A DNA stretch of 64,000 nucleotides from Candidatus Doudnabacteria bacterium (lineage in GTDB: Bacteria; Patescibacteriota; Doudnabacteria; UBA920; 2-01-FULL-46-14). Under the pieces are notes generated by a model. The model was not told where the DNA came from and did not search any database. It was given only the letters and a program-made list of their open reading frames with translations. The stretch covers positions 9,243 through 73,242 of the forward strand of contig JBGQGB010000005.1 of assembly GCA_041497195.1 (NCBI GenBank), given 5' to 3'. Shown here piece by piece: positions 41,088-50,289 of this stretch. A program made the translations under genes and the position numbers. Every line of letters begins with the position of its first letter. The first letter of the stretch is position 1.

Positions 41088-41735
41088 TTACGAAATTAAA
41101 AACTTTTGCACTGAACCGATGATGGTATAAGCTAGGATGCTGGCGGCAAAGCCAATGACTGACCAGCGCAAGCCGCTTTTCGCTTTCTCCACTGCTTCTT
41201 CATTGCCGGCGGATGTGACATACCTGTACCCATAATAAACAATCATCAAAATCGTGGCAAATCCGAGGATGCCCAAAAAACTAGTCATCACGAAAACCAA
41301 TACGTCAATAAAACTGGCCGAGTTGCCTGCGCCCCCGATATTGACCGGATTTTGCAAAGTATTGGTGGGAGCCGTGCTGGGCTGCTGAAAACCCAAAAAT
41401 TTGGCCACCCCGGAAACAATGGTATAAGTCAGGAGTGCGACCACGAATCCCCCCACCGACCAGGTCAAGCTCCTTTTCGCGGTTTCCAGCCCTTCCTCAC
41501 TCGTGGCAATCACAATCTTGAATCCGCTGAACACGCTAAAAGCGATCGCAATGGTACCGATGAGCAGGGCAAACCCGGCAATGACTTTGGTGATGAGCCC
41601 TGCTGGATCATTAACACTGATAAAATTGAGGGGATTGTCCAGGTTGGTGGCAGCCTGAGCCATCTGATCGCCGAATAAAAAAACCAGGACTAAAAAAGCT
41701 TCGAGAGTGAGAAATAAAAGTATCAACCTTTTCAT
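41088..41735 (-). CDS. Tandem two-domain VirB2/TrbC-like pilin
   Basis: Two repeats: SGFKIVIATSEEGLETAKRSLTWSVGG and YGYRYVTSAGNEEAVEKAKSGLRWSVIG. Confidence 0.78.
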   Translation of the reverse strand: MKRLILLFLTLEAFLVLVFLFGDQMAQAATNLDNPLNFISVNDPAGLITKVIAGFALLIGTIAIAFSVFSGFKIVIATSEEGLETAKRSLTWSVGGFVVALLTYTIVSGVAKFLGFQQPSTAPTNTLQNPVNIGGAGNSASFIDVLVFVMTSFLGILGFATILMIVYYGYRYVTSAGNEEAVEKAKSGLRWSVIGFAASILAYTIIGSVQKFLIS

Positions 41736-41759
41736 AGTTTGTCTTTGCCGATTACCCTC

Positions 41760-42203
41760 TCAGGACCAACAGCTAGAATTTGGTAGATAAATGCATTGTG
41801 GATCCCACCACGGCCGCGTTGCTCCGGCTTTGCCAAACAGCCCGTTGACTAGCAAGTTCACAAACACAAAGGCCAAAACAATTATGGCAAACCCCACGAC
41901 TGCGTTGGACAGGCCGGTTTTGGCTTTTTGAATTTTTTCCGCATTACCGAGGGCGATAATGAGATTGAATCCGCTGGTCAAAATATAGTACATGGCCACC
42001 AAAGCGGCCACGGAAATGAGATAATTAATCACGATAATTATCATGGAAATCAGGTCCGGAAAGGTACATTGAGTGACTGTCGCAACGTGCGTAACTGGAT
42101 CAACCACCTCCTGCCCGCAAGGCACGAGCGCCGCATGGCTCAGGGCCGGAACCATCAATAAACCTAGTCCAATCACAACTAGACTAACCAAAAAATATTT
42201 CAT
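41760..42203 (-). CDS. VirB2/TrbC-like pilin with Cys pairs
   Basis: ALVPCG...QCTFPDL and GNAEKIQKAKTGLSNAVVG. Confidence 0.78.
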   Translation of the reverse strand: MKYFLVSLVVIGLGLLMVPALSHAALVPCGQEVVDPVTHVATVTQCTFPDLISMIIIVINYLISVAALVAMYYILTSGFNLIIALGNAEKIQKAKTGLSNAVVGFAIIVLAFVFVNLLVNGLFGKAGATRPWWDPQCIYLPNSSCWS

Positions 42204-42211
42204 AGATTTTT

Positions 42212-43525
42212 TTATTGGTTTCGCAGTAATAAATTAATTTTTTGGACCGCGGCATTGACCGCGTCTGCAGGCACGACATTGTGGAGAATGACATTGTCAA
42301 TCATCTGCAAAAACACTGACTCAATCGCATTGCTATCCGGCTTGTAAACACTTTTGGCAGTCAGGGCATTTTCCGCAAATATTCCGATGTCCGGATCAGA
42401 GATCTGTTTTTCGATGATGTCTTTGCGGGGCGAGGCTTGTTTTTGGACTTCGTAGTATTTAGTGAGGACATTTGACTGCGTGATGAATTTCAGAAAAGTC
42501 CAAGCCGCCTGGGTATTTTGGCTTTGCTTGGAAACTCCCTGCCCCCAGTAATTCGCGAAATTTATTTTGTTTCTGACCGAGTCAATCTGCGGCACCGGCG
42601 CGATGCCATAATTCAAAAATGGCGCTTTGGCCGCCAGGGTCGGCCGCAAATACGAATAAGAAAAAATCATGGCCACTTTTCCGGCGGCGAAAGCTTCAAT
42701 CGAATTGTTACTCTGGCTGTTCCAAGTATACGTCACTTTGGCCGGGTTCGCGAACTGAGTGTAAAATTCCAGCGCGCGCGCCGCTGGCGAAAAAGGATTG
42801 CCTTTATCATCCGTCAAGTTTTGTCCCATCGCCGAGTTGTTGAAATCCGGAGAATAAAATTGCGTTCCGTTCTGGAGCATCAACAGCTCCAAAATGTCCG
42901 GAGCGCGGTTGACGTTATCAGAGGTGCCCAGGGCGACCGTGCTTCGCAAAAAATTACCCTGGTTGTCCTGCCTGGTGATTTTGGGAACCATATTCACCAG
43001 CTCTTCCCAAGTAGCCGGCGAGCGAGCGATTCCGGCGGAAGACAAAATGTCTTTGTTGTAGTACAGGGTCAGTACGTCCAATCCCAACGGAACCGCATAG
43101 ACTTTGTCATCTGAAACAAAATCAGAAATGGCGACTTCCACAAAATTTTGCTGATAATCTCGGAGGCTGAAAATGCTTGTCGGCGCCGGAGCGAGTTTGT
43201 CTTTGTGTTTTGGCAGCCAATCGTTATGGATGGCAAAAATGTCGGGTCCCTGACCGGCGGCTAGAGCATCGATCAATTCTTCCTCATAAGTATCGACGTT
43301 TTTCTGAACATAGTGAATGTGGGTTTTGGGGTTGGCTTTCTGAAACGCGTCGATCAAAGGCTGGACAACAGACTGATCATCAAACGGCTGCCACCAGGTC
43401 AAATCAATCTCCTTGCCTCCCGCTTTGGAAGGGCCGCCCAAATTGCAGGATTGGGCAGTGAGTGCCACTGCCAAACAAAGGATGAAAAGTTTTCCCGCGA
43501 TTTTTTGTTTGTTTTGATTGAGCAT
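42212..43525 (-). CDS. Extracellular solute-binding lipoprotein (sugar-binding family 1)
   Basis: Lipobox TAQSC, GPDIF, LYYNKD, FAAGKVAMIF. Confidence 0.88.
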   Translation of the reverse strand: MLNQNKQKIAGKLFILCLAVALTAQSCNLGGPSKAGGKEIDLTWWQPFDDQSVVQPLIDAFQKANPKTHIHYVQKNVDTYEEELIDALAAGQGPDIFAIHNDWLPKHKDKLAPAPTSIFSLRDYQQNFVEVAISDFVSDDKVYAVPLGLDVLTLYYNKDILSSAGIARSPATWEELVNMVPKITRQDNQGNFLRSTVALGTSDNVNRAPDILELLMLQNGTQFYSPDFNNSAMGQNLTDDKGNPFSPAARALEFYTQFANPAKVTYTWNSQSNNSIEAFAAGKVAMIFSYSYLRPTLAAKAPFLNYGIAPVPQIDSVRNKINFANYWGQGVSKQSQNTQAAWTFLKFITQSNVLTKYYEVQKQASPRKDIIEKQISDPDIGIFAENALTAKSVYKPDSNAIESVFLQMIDNVILHNVVPADAVNAAVQKINLLLRNQ

Positions 43526-43528
43526 ATT

Positions 43529-44386
43529 TTAGGAAACAAAAATATCTTTGATTTTGTCGCGATAATCCGCGCGGTTCATTGCAAACGCCCGAATCGCTTG
43601 CAGATAAGAAATCGGATCGCCGGTCGTATACCACTGCCCGTCAACGACATCACTATAATAAGCCTTGGTGCCTTTCTTTAGTAAATACTCAATACCGTCA
43701 GCAATCCACCTCTCACCGCCCTTTCCCGGGGGGATGCTCAATAACGCCTCGAAAATCTCCGGGGTTAGAATATACCGCCCGAAAATTGCCAACCGCGAAA
43801 CAGTGGACCCGGCCGCTGGTTTTTCAATAATTGATTGAATTTGATTTTGCTCTCCTCTCTTTTTAGGTTCGACAATCCCATATTTTTTTACTTCCTCTGC
43901 TTTGACCTCCTGCACTCCGATATAAATTCCTGGGTTTTTCTCATAAGCTTGGAGCATGCTTCTGGTAAAGGGCTCTTTGGAAAGAACCAAATCATCGCTA
44001 AACGCGTAGACAAACGGCTCGTTACCGAGCAAGTGCTGGGCATTCAAAACAGGCGTGCCGTTTCCATAAGTACCTTTTTGTCGGATATAACTAAAATTGG
44101 CAAGCTCTGCGATATTCCGAATCTGGAGCATCTCCTCGGTTTTTTTGTTTCGTTCTAGCCATGTCTCCAACTCCGGGTGATAATCAAAGTGATCTTCAAT
44201 GGCTCGCTTGTTTTGGCCAGTTACAAAAATTATGTCGGTTATGCCGGAAGCGACCAATTCCTCCACCACGTATTGCACAACCGGTTTATCCACCACTGGC
44301 AACATTTCTTTCGGCATGGCTTTGGTCACTGGCAAAAATCTGGTGCCAAATCCAGCGACCGGGATTACTGCTTTGGTGATTGCCAT
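43529..44386 (-). CDS. galU: UTP-glucose-1-phosphate uridylyltransferase
   Basis: KAVIPVAGFGTRFLPVTKAMPKEMLP. Confidence 0.93.
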   Translation of the reverse strand: MAITKAVIPVAGFGTRFLPVTKAMPKEMLPVVDKPVVQYVVEELVASGITDIIFVTGQNKRAIEDHFDYHPELETWLERNKKTEEMLQIRNIAELANFSYIRQKGTYGNGTPVLNAQHLLGNEPFVYAFSDDLVLSKEPFTRSMLQAYEKNPGIYIGVQEVKAEEVKKYGIVEPKKRGEQNQIQSIIEKPAAGSTVSRLAIFGRYILTPEIFEALLSIPPGKGGERWIADGIEYLLKKGTKAYYSDVVDGQWYTTGDPISYLQAIRAFAMNRADYRDKIKDIFVS

Positions 44387-44399
44387 ATCGGTGATTATA

Positions 44400-45908
44400 T
44401 CACATTTCCGCTTTGGGCCGAAAGATTAGAGCCTCGGCAATATGCTCAACTTTGACCTTGTCGTCTTGCGCCAGGTCGGCAATGGTTCGAGCCAGTTTCA
44501 AAACCCGGTGATAAGCGCGGGCCGAGAGGTGCTGGGTTGCCACCGCATTGCGTAAGAGGGTCAGACCGGTTTCATCTGGCCGGCAATAAGCTTTGATTTC
44601 CGCGATCGTCATTTCTGCGTTAGTTTTACGGAACCGCTCCTGTTGACGCGCCCTAGCGGCCTCGACGCGAAGCCTCACAGTGGCCGAATCCTCCTGGTCG
44701 CGTTCATCTTCAATTTTTTCAAAAGACAATCTCGGCACTTCAACGTGCAAATCAATGCGATCCAGGAGGGGACCGGAAACTTTTTTCTGATAACGCAAAA
44801 GTTGAGTCGGGGTACAAACGCAGGTTCTTTCCGGATCGCCGCTGAACCCGCACGGACAAGGATTTTGCGCTGCCGCCAAAATAAACTTCGCTGGAAAAGT
44901 CACGCTGCGGGTCACTCGGGCCACGTTGATGGTTCCGTCCTCCAAGGGTTGCCGCAAGTTTTCCAGCACGTCGCGATTGAACTCGGGGAATTCATCCAAA
45001 AACAAAACGCCGCGGTGGGCCAGGGTGATTTCGCCGGGCCTGGGATCAGTTCCCCCGCCGACCAGCGCAATGCCGGAAGCGGTGTGATGTGGGGAGCGAA
45101 ACGGTCGTTTTTGAATAAGTCCCAACCGACCTGGCAGCAAACCAGCGACACTATAGATCTTGGTCACATCCAAGGCTTCTTGTTCGGTCAAATCAGGCAA
45201 AATCGTGGAAAGCCCCCGAGCCAACAAAGTTTTGCCCGAACCAGGCGGACCAGACATTAGAATATTATGCCCGCCGCTGGCCGCAATTTCCAAAGCGCGT
45301 TTGGCCAACTCCTGGCCCCGGATAAACCGAAAATCCCAGGCCGTCTCCGCTGTTTGTTCTTTTGGAGTTTGAGTAGCCCGCTGAAAATAGGTAAAAGGAG
45401 AAAACCCGCCGAGCATTCGAAGCAATGCTGCCAGATTTGCCACGGACACGACTTCCAAATTCGGAATCAAAGACGCTTCAAACGCATTTTCTTCCGGAAC
45501 AAATAAAGTCTTGAAACCCTTGGCCGCAGCCGCTTCCGCAATCACTAACATTCCGGGAATGGGCCGCAGATTGCCGTCCAGGGCCAGTTCGCCGACAAAC
45601 AGCTTGTTTTTTGGGTCAAAATCTACCTGGCTGCTATTCAAAAGTATAGAAACCGCAATCGGCAGGTCATAGTGAGTACCGATTTTCGGCAAATCAGCCG
45701 GGGCCAGGTTGATTGCCACCCGACTCTTCGGAAAACGCATTTCCGAGTGTTTGAGCGCTGATTTGACGCGTTCCCGCGCCTCCCGAATAGCCGCATCCGG
45801 CAGGCCGACAATCACAGTCGAGGGCAACCCAGAGGAGATATCAGTCTCGACTTCGACCACGGCGGCTGACAACCCGATCACGGCAGCCGAATAAACTTTA
45901 CGAATCAT
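44400..45908 (-). CDS. comM: YifB/ComM Mg-chelatase-like AAA+ ATPase
   Basis: IVGLPD, GPPGSGKT, PFRSPHHT, LFLDEFPEF, NPCPCG. Confidence 0.93.
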   Translation of the reverse strand: MIRKVYSAAVIGLSAAVVEVETDISSGLPSTVIVGLPDAAIREARERVKSALKHSEMRFPKSRVAINLAPADLPKIGTHYDLPIAVSILLNSSQVDFDPKNKLFVGELALDGNLRPIPGMLVIAEAAAAKGFKTLFVPEENAFEASLIPNLEVVSVANLAALLRMLGGFSPFTYFQRATQTPKEQTAETAWDFRFIRGQELAKRALEIAASGGHNILMSGPPGSGKTLLARGLSTILPDLTEQEALDVTKIYSVAGLLPGRLGLIQKRPFRSPHHTASGIALVGGGTDPRPGEITLAHRGVLFLDEFPEFNRDVLENLRQPLEDGTINVARVTRSVTFPAKFILAAAQNPCPCGFSGDPERTCVCTPTQLLRYQKKVSGPLLDRIDLHVEVPRLSFEKIEDERDQEDSATVRLRVEAARARQQERFRKTNAEMTIAEIKAYCRPDETGLTLLRNAVATQHLSARAYHRVLKLARTIADLAQDDKVKVEHIAEALIFRPKAEM

Positions 45909-45917
45909 GGAAAAAAA

Positions 45918-46307
45918 TTAATTAGCCAACAATAACACGCCGATGCCCGCCACAATGGCCAAATCGGCAAAATTCAGGGTGCTGATCCCGAAGTTGATAA
46001 AATCCGTCACTGAGCCGTGCAGGAACCGGTCAACTAAGTTGGAAGCAGCTCCGCTGACAATCAAAACAAACCCGACTCTCAGTCGCGGCCGAGAAAAATA
46101 GCGAAAATACAAACTGACGAAAACTGCCAAGACAATCGCGACCACCAAGGTATCAAAAAATCCTGGCAAATGAATCCCGAAAGGGAGCCCAGGATTTTGA
46201 ATAACGCGAATTTTAAAAACACTCTCTCTCCGTACTAATAATTTGGTCAACTGATCAAGGCCCACAACTCCGACAGCTAACCAAAAATTATTCTTTGGCG
46301 GATTCAT
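45918..46307 (-). CDS. lspA: Lipoprotein signal peptidase II
   Basis: DQLTK, NPG, GAASNLVDR, VTDFI, NFADLAI. Confidence 0.88.
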   Translation of the reverse strand: MNPPKNNFWLAVGVVGLDQLTKLLVRRESVFKIRVIQNPGLPFGIHLPGFFDTLVVAIVLAVFVSLYFRYFSRPRLRVGFVLIVSGAASNLVDRFLHGSVTDFINFGISTLNFADLAIVAGIGVLLLAN

Positions 46308-46650
46308 GTTCAATGCAATTTTCTGCTTCCGGAATCGCGGCAAGTCGCTCAAGCGGCATTTCTTCCCCGCCCTTCCGACAAATCCCGTAAGTGCCTTGAG
46401 CAATCCTCTCCAAGGCGGCGGAGACTGCACGAAGCTTTTGCGCCAAGTCTCGTTCCTCGGCGATGTTCTCTTCATACGTCTCCACTTCGGAAGCGTTTTC
46501 GTCTTCTTGGTCTCCGAAGTTTGGGTACTTGGCTTGAAATTCGCCGGCGGCTTTACCCGGTTTGGCAATGCGACTGAGCAAGACTTGCAAGCGGGTTTGC
46601 TCTTTCAAAAGTCTGTCTTTGTTTGCGGCAATCAGTTTTTGATCAATCAT
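46288..46650 (-). CDS. TraR/DksA family protein
   Basis: ALERIAQGTYGIC...ERLAAIPEAENCIEH. Confidence 0.88.
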   Translation of the reverse strand: MIDQKLIAANKDRLLKEQTRLQVLLSRIAKPGKAAGEFQAKYPNFGDQEDENASEVETYEENIAEERDLAQKLRAVSAALERIAQGTYGICRKGGEEMPLERLAAIPEAENCIEHESAKE

Positions 46651-46681
46651 AACCTGGTTATTATAACAAATCCGAGCAAAT

Positions 46682-47226
46682 AAAAAAGGACCGCGCTGAT
46701 TGCCTCTAAAATAAGAATATTATATAGGCCAAACGCGGCCCCTGTCCCTTCACAGGGCTGGGCCACGCACCATGTCTAGTGCCCTTTTTGCTTTAAGAGC
46801 GCCAGGCACGGTGCGTGTTCCAACACTACGTCGTGAAGAAACGAATCTTGTATTATCCAACCTATCTACAAGGTGCAACTCCTGTACTGTCCTTATGGTC
46901 AGAAACCTGACCTTAAACATTTTTGTTTATTTTGGTTTTTATAGATGAGACCTAACTGCTGCAACTAATTTTGGTTGCAACTTTTCATTTTGTTTTTGTT
47001 TTACGAAAAGGCGGGTTGGAACGCCTACGACGGACAGTAAGTCAGGAGGGGGAAGCTCCTAGAACCCTCGCCCCCCCGACTTATTTGGAATTGGCCAACT
47101 ATATGATTATATTGAGCTGGTTCCTAAGAGCTAAAATTTTGCTCTTTCGTCACCGTCAAATATAAAATCCGCTACAATTAGCCGCGGATTGTTTGAGAAA
47201 GAACCTAGATTTCAAGCTTACACGAC
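46682..47226 (-). ncRNA. Candidate large structured non-coding RNA (about 540 nt) of unknown class
   Basis: No credible ORF; about 10 hairpins, long-range helices, loop-loop complementarity, terminal terminator; mismatches read as G-U on the minus strand. Confidence 0.6.
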
Positions 47227-47242
47227 CAGATTAGCAGAAATC

Positions 47243-49666
47243 TCAGCCCTTGTCAATTGTGGATATCTGAAAATCTGGAAATTCCTGAAGATATTTTACG
47301 AATGCCTGGTTATAATCAGTCGAGGTCCTGGGGTCAAGCAAATAAACCTGTGTGCCTTTGGCACCAGAGGCCAAAACTCGCGACAAGATGGTATGCAAAA
47401 TCTGGACTGCCCGAGGCAGTACATGATCGGCGAACACGTTGGCGGTAAAACTCCCGAGCAGGGAGTGTTTCGTCCCGGGTGCTTCAAATGGCAAGCGCAA
47501 CAACACGAGTTGATCAACAGGCGGCAAGTGTACAAAAACCCGTAAAAAGACATTTGTGGTCAGGATCAGGATTATGTTTGGCGATTTGGCGAATTTACTT
47601 TTTAGCAATGACAAATTCCCGCTGTATTTATACGCGATGACCTCGGCTCCTTCGGATTTAGCGGAAAAGAAGTGTTCGTAAACCTCTGCCAACTGAGTTT
47701 CGTTTGGCACCACCAGCAGACTCCGCCCGGAAAAACGAGCAGTCAACTCAAATAGCTCGTGAGTAGTGAAAGCACTAGTGGCGATTTTCACCGGAGTCAG
47801 AGAAAATTTTGCCGCGCTCGCTGGCATTTTTTGCACCAGCAAATCGCTCAGCCCAAGGCGGTCTTGAAAATACTTCAGGGCTGACTCCGGAGTTTGGGCA
47901 TCGAGAAGAGTCAGCGAACGAAATTTCTGGGCAAAGTCCTGCCATGGTTTAGCCAGGCTCGTCGGCAATAAATTTAGATCAACCCATTTAGAGTTAAACT
48001 TGAACCAATGCAACTGCTCTGGGGAACGATCCAAAAAAAACTCTTTGACGAAATTCTTAAAGGATTCCAGTTTCGCTTGCAAGGCCAATAATTCCAATTT
48101 CAATTCTCCGGTCTCTGCCGAACTCTGCAAGGCAAGATACGCAACAAAAGTTTCCAGTTTGCCTACGAGCTTCTCTGCCGGACTTAAAAGTTTACCGAAT
48201 CGCTCGCTACCCGTCTCCTCCTCGTCCACTAAAATATTTTCGGCGAACGCCCCGGGCTGTTTGAGATAAACCAAATGCAAAATCCCAAAAAACAAATCGA
48301 GCTCGTTAGCAACTTTCTCAACCTCTTTAGGCAAGCGCTGGTACCAGCTGGCGCTGGGGCTTTCGTTCTCAAGCGGAAACACCAGGCTCAGTAAACTGCG
48401 AATTTTTCGGAGATTCCAGACTGTGGTGAGCGCTTCGGTAAATTCCTCCTCAATTTTAGATAATTCCATCAAAAAGACTGGCTCTGCCGTAAAATCCACA
48501 GGCCAAAACAGGCCCAAACTAAAGATAGCCTGCAAAAACCCGCCGTAGATTTGGTTTTTTTTAAGTTTCAAGGACTGAAAATACCCGCACTGATGCTGCG
48601 GGCAGAGGTCAGGATCTGCCAGAACACTGTCTAAAAAACCGTGATCATCGGCATTCCACTTGAGCTCGGAAAGGTCTAAACTTTCGGATTTATCACGGAA
48701 AATGGCGATTTTGATGAGGCTGCGCCCGGCAATTCCACTCAATTTTTCCCGGCTTTTGGCCCAATCCAGGCGCTTCTCGCACAGCGCCCACTCAGGATTG
48801 GCCAATTTTTGCCGCTGCGGAATTTGATTCAGATAAATTTCGTGGGCAATACCAAGCAATCCGCTGCGGCGGCGCTTGGACAAAACCATCAAAAGTTCTT
48901 CTTGCTGACTAAAGGACAGGGGCAAAACCACCAAAGTTTTAGGCGGCCACTCCTGTTCCAAAAGGTCAAATTCCTCGCCAACCTTCAACGATCCGGGCTT
49001 TTGCCCAGCAAGCTTCTGAACCCTACGAGCTTCCCGCACTTTTATTTCCGGCAGGTCCAAAAACCAGTCTCGAAAATCAAGCTGAGTTTTACCCAAAAGT
49101 TCCCTGATTGATTGCTTGAGCTTTGGGCCAAAGCTCAAAAACTCGTTCAAAATTTCCGCCAGAACCACAGACGAGCTTCTGCTGTCGGCCAAGGCGCGGT
49201 GGGAAATAGTGTCACGGATTTGGAAAGTCTCCACTAAAAATTCGAGGGAATGCGCCGGCAAGAGCGGCAAAAAAACCTGAGCCATTTCCAGGCTGTCCAA
49301 GTATGGATTTTTGAGGGCGAGCCCCTGACTGCGTAAAAATTCCAGATCGAATCCCAGATTGTGTCCCAGCAATAACTCAGTCCCTAAAAATTTTTTTAAG
49401 GGCTGTTTGACCTCGCTCCAAAGAGGCGCTTGGGCCAGTTCAGTGCGCGTAATGCCCGTGAGCATCAGCGCCGTCGGCGACGGCTCGACTTCGGGATTGA
49501 CCAGGGTGTCAAATACTTCCCCAAACTGGGCAATGATTTTTTTCTGTTCGCTATCATATACCAATTCCACCTTAACCGCGCCGATTTCCATGATCCGGCC
49601 GGTTTCCATGTCCAAATCAGTGGTCTCCAAATCCAGAGCGATAAATTGTTTGCGATACTGCATCAT
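47243..49666 (-). CDS. DnaQ-like DEDDh exonuclease fused to a degenerate DinG-like helicase body
   Basis: IALDLETT, GHNLGFD and HRALAD intact; C-terminal LVLLRLPF and YLLDPR DinG-like; no Walker A or DEAH seen. Confidence 0.75.
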   Translation of the reverse strand: MMQYRKQFIALDLETTDLDMETGRIMEIGAVKVELVYDSEQKKIIAQFGEVFDTLVNPEVEPSPTALMLTGITRTELAQAPLWSEVKQPLKKFLGTELLLGHNLGFDLEFLRSQGLALKNPYLDSLEMAQVFLPLLPAHSLEFLVETFQIRDTISHRALADSRSSSVVLAEILNEFLSFGPKLKQSIRELLGKTQLDFRDWFLDLPEIKVREARRVQKLAGQKPGSLKVGEEFDLLEQEWPPKTLVVLPLSFSQQEELLMVLSKRRRSGLLGIAHEIYLNQIPQRQKLANPEWALCEKRLDWAKSREKLSGIAGRSLIKIAIFRDKSESLDLSELKWNADDHGFLDSVLADPDLCPQHQCGYFQSLKLKKNQIYGGFLQAIFSLGLFWPVDFTAEPVFLMELSKIEEEFTEALTTVWNLRKIRSLLSLVFPLENESPSASWYQRLPKEVEKVANELDLFFGILHLVYLKQPGAFAENILVDEEETGSERFGKLLSPAEKLVGKLETFVAYLALQSSAETGELKLELLALQAKLESFKNFVKEFFLDRSPEQLHWFKFNSKWVDLNLLPTSLAKPWQDFAQKFRSLTLLDAQTPESALKYFQDRLGLSDLLVQKMPASAAKFSLTPVKIATSAFTTHELFELTARFSGRSLLVVPNETQLAEVYEHFFSAKSEGAEVIAYKYSGNLSLLKSKFAKSPNIILILTTNVFLRVFVHLPPVDQLVLLRLPFEAPGTKHSLLGSFTANVFADHVLPRAVQILHTILSRVLASGAKGTQVYLLDPRTSTDYNQAFVKYLQEFPDFQISTIDKG

Positions 49667-49813
49667 AATACAGTAATTGTACCAGGTTTTTGCTCGCTTC
49701 TGTAATAAATAAAAAACCTTCTTCCGAAGGCGATAGAGCTACTGAGCGCGGGCTGGCGATTATCAATACCGTCTATTTGATTAGTTTATTTCTAGGACTA
49801 CGGGGATAGAATA

Positions 49814-50257
49814 CTAAGTCACGCTTTCCCAGGTATCGACTGCCACTCCTTTGGCTTTTAACTCTACATCCATTCCATCCAAAATGCTCTGTACGCGTGC
49901 GGCTCGGGCAGCGTAATCTTGACTTGAAGCTTCATCGCTAGAGGCGAAAGTCTCTTGAAAATGGCGATACTTTCCCAAAGCCCCGGTGAAGTATTCATAT
50001 GGGGCAGTGCCGGTTCCAGAGAAACTTCGACCATCTTTTTCATACTGATAAGACACTGGGTTTAAATATTCTCCTTCGGCTATTACTTGACGGTATGTGC
50101 TCACTAAATGTTCAAATCCTTCAATGGACCGCCCTGGTCGGTTTAAAAGATCGTCAAAAAAAGCATTCGCCTCTTGAGTTATTCTCTCCTTTGTTTCTTC
50201 TCCCGCTGACCTAATGTCTGCTGCTGACGGGTTGTATTCTCCAATATCTCCAGACAT
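49814..50257 (-). CDS. Hypothetical protein
   Basis: 147-aa ORF between recA and the exonuclease gene. Confidence 0.6.
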   Translation of the reverse strand: MSGDIGEYNPSAADIRSAGEETKERITQEANAFFDDLLNRPGRSIEGFEHLVSTYRQVIAEGEYLNPVSYQYEKDGRSFSGTGTAPYEYFTGALGKYRHFQETFASSDEASSQDYAARAARVQSILDGMDVELKAKGVAVDTWESVT

Positions 50258-50289
50258 AGTTTGTAATTATTTTAAAAGGGCAAAATATA

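Noticed and set aside
38886-42203. CRISPR array or diversity-generating retroelement in the repeated pilin region
   Set aside because: The repeats are coding paralogy without regular spacers. No cas or reverse transcriptase genes are present and no adenine-specific TR/VR pattern is evident.
45918-46568. 216-aa extended lspA
   Set aside because: The extension overlaps the DksA-like gene in another frame; the start at 46307 fits LspA size
46860-47045. Permuted tmRNA or tRNA-like element (GGTGCAACTCC T-arm-like segment followed by ACTGTCC, pairing with GGACAGT)
   Set aside because: No CCA, no G3-U70 alanine identity pair and no tag frame ending in an ALAA-like motif. Wobble pairs favour the opposite strand.
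46682-47226. RNase P RNA, SRP RNA, T-box or self-splicing intron
   Set aside because: I did not find GAGGAAAGTCC/CGGCTTA, the SRP GGAA loop motif, a T-box GGTGGTACC, group I P7 or group II domain V on either strand
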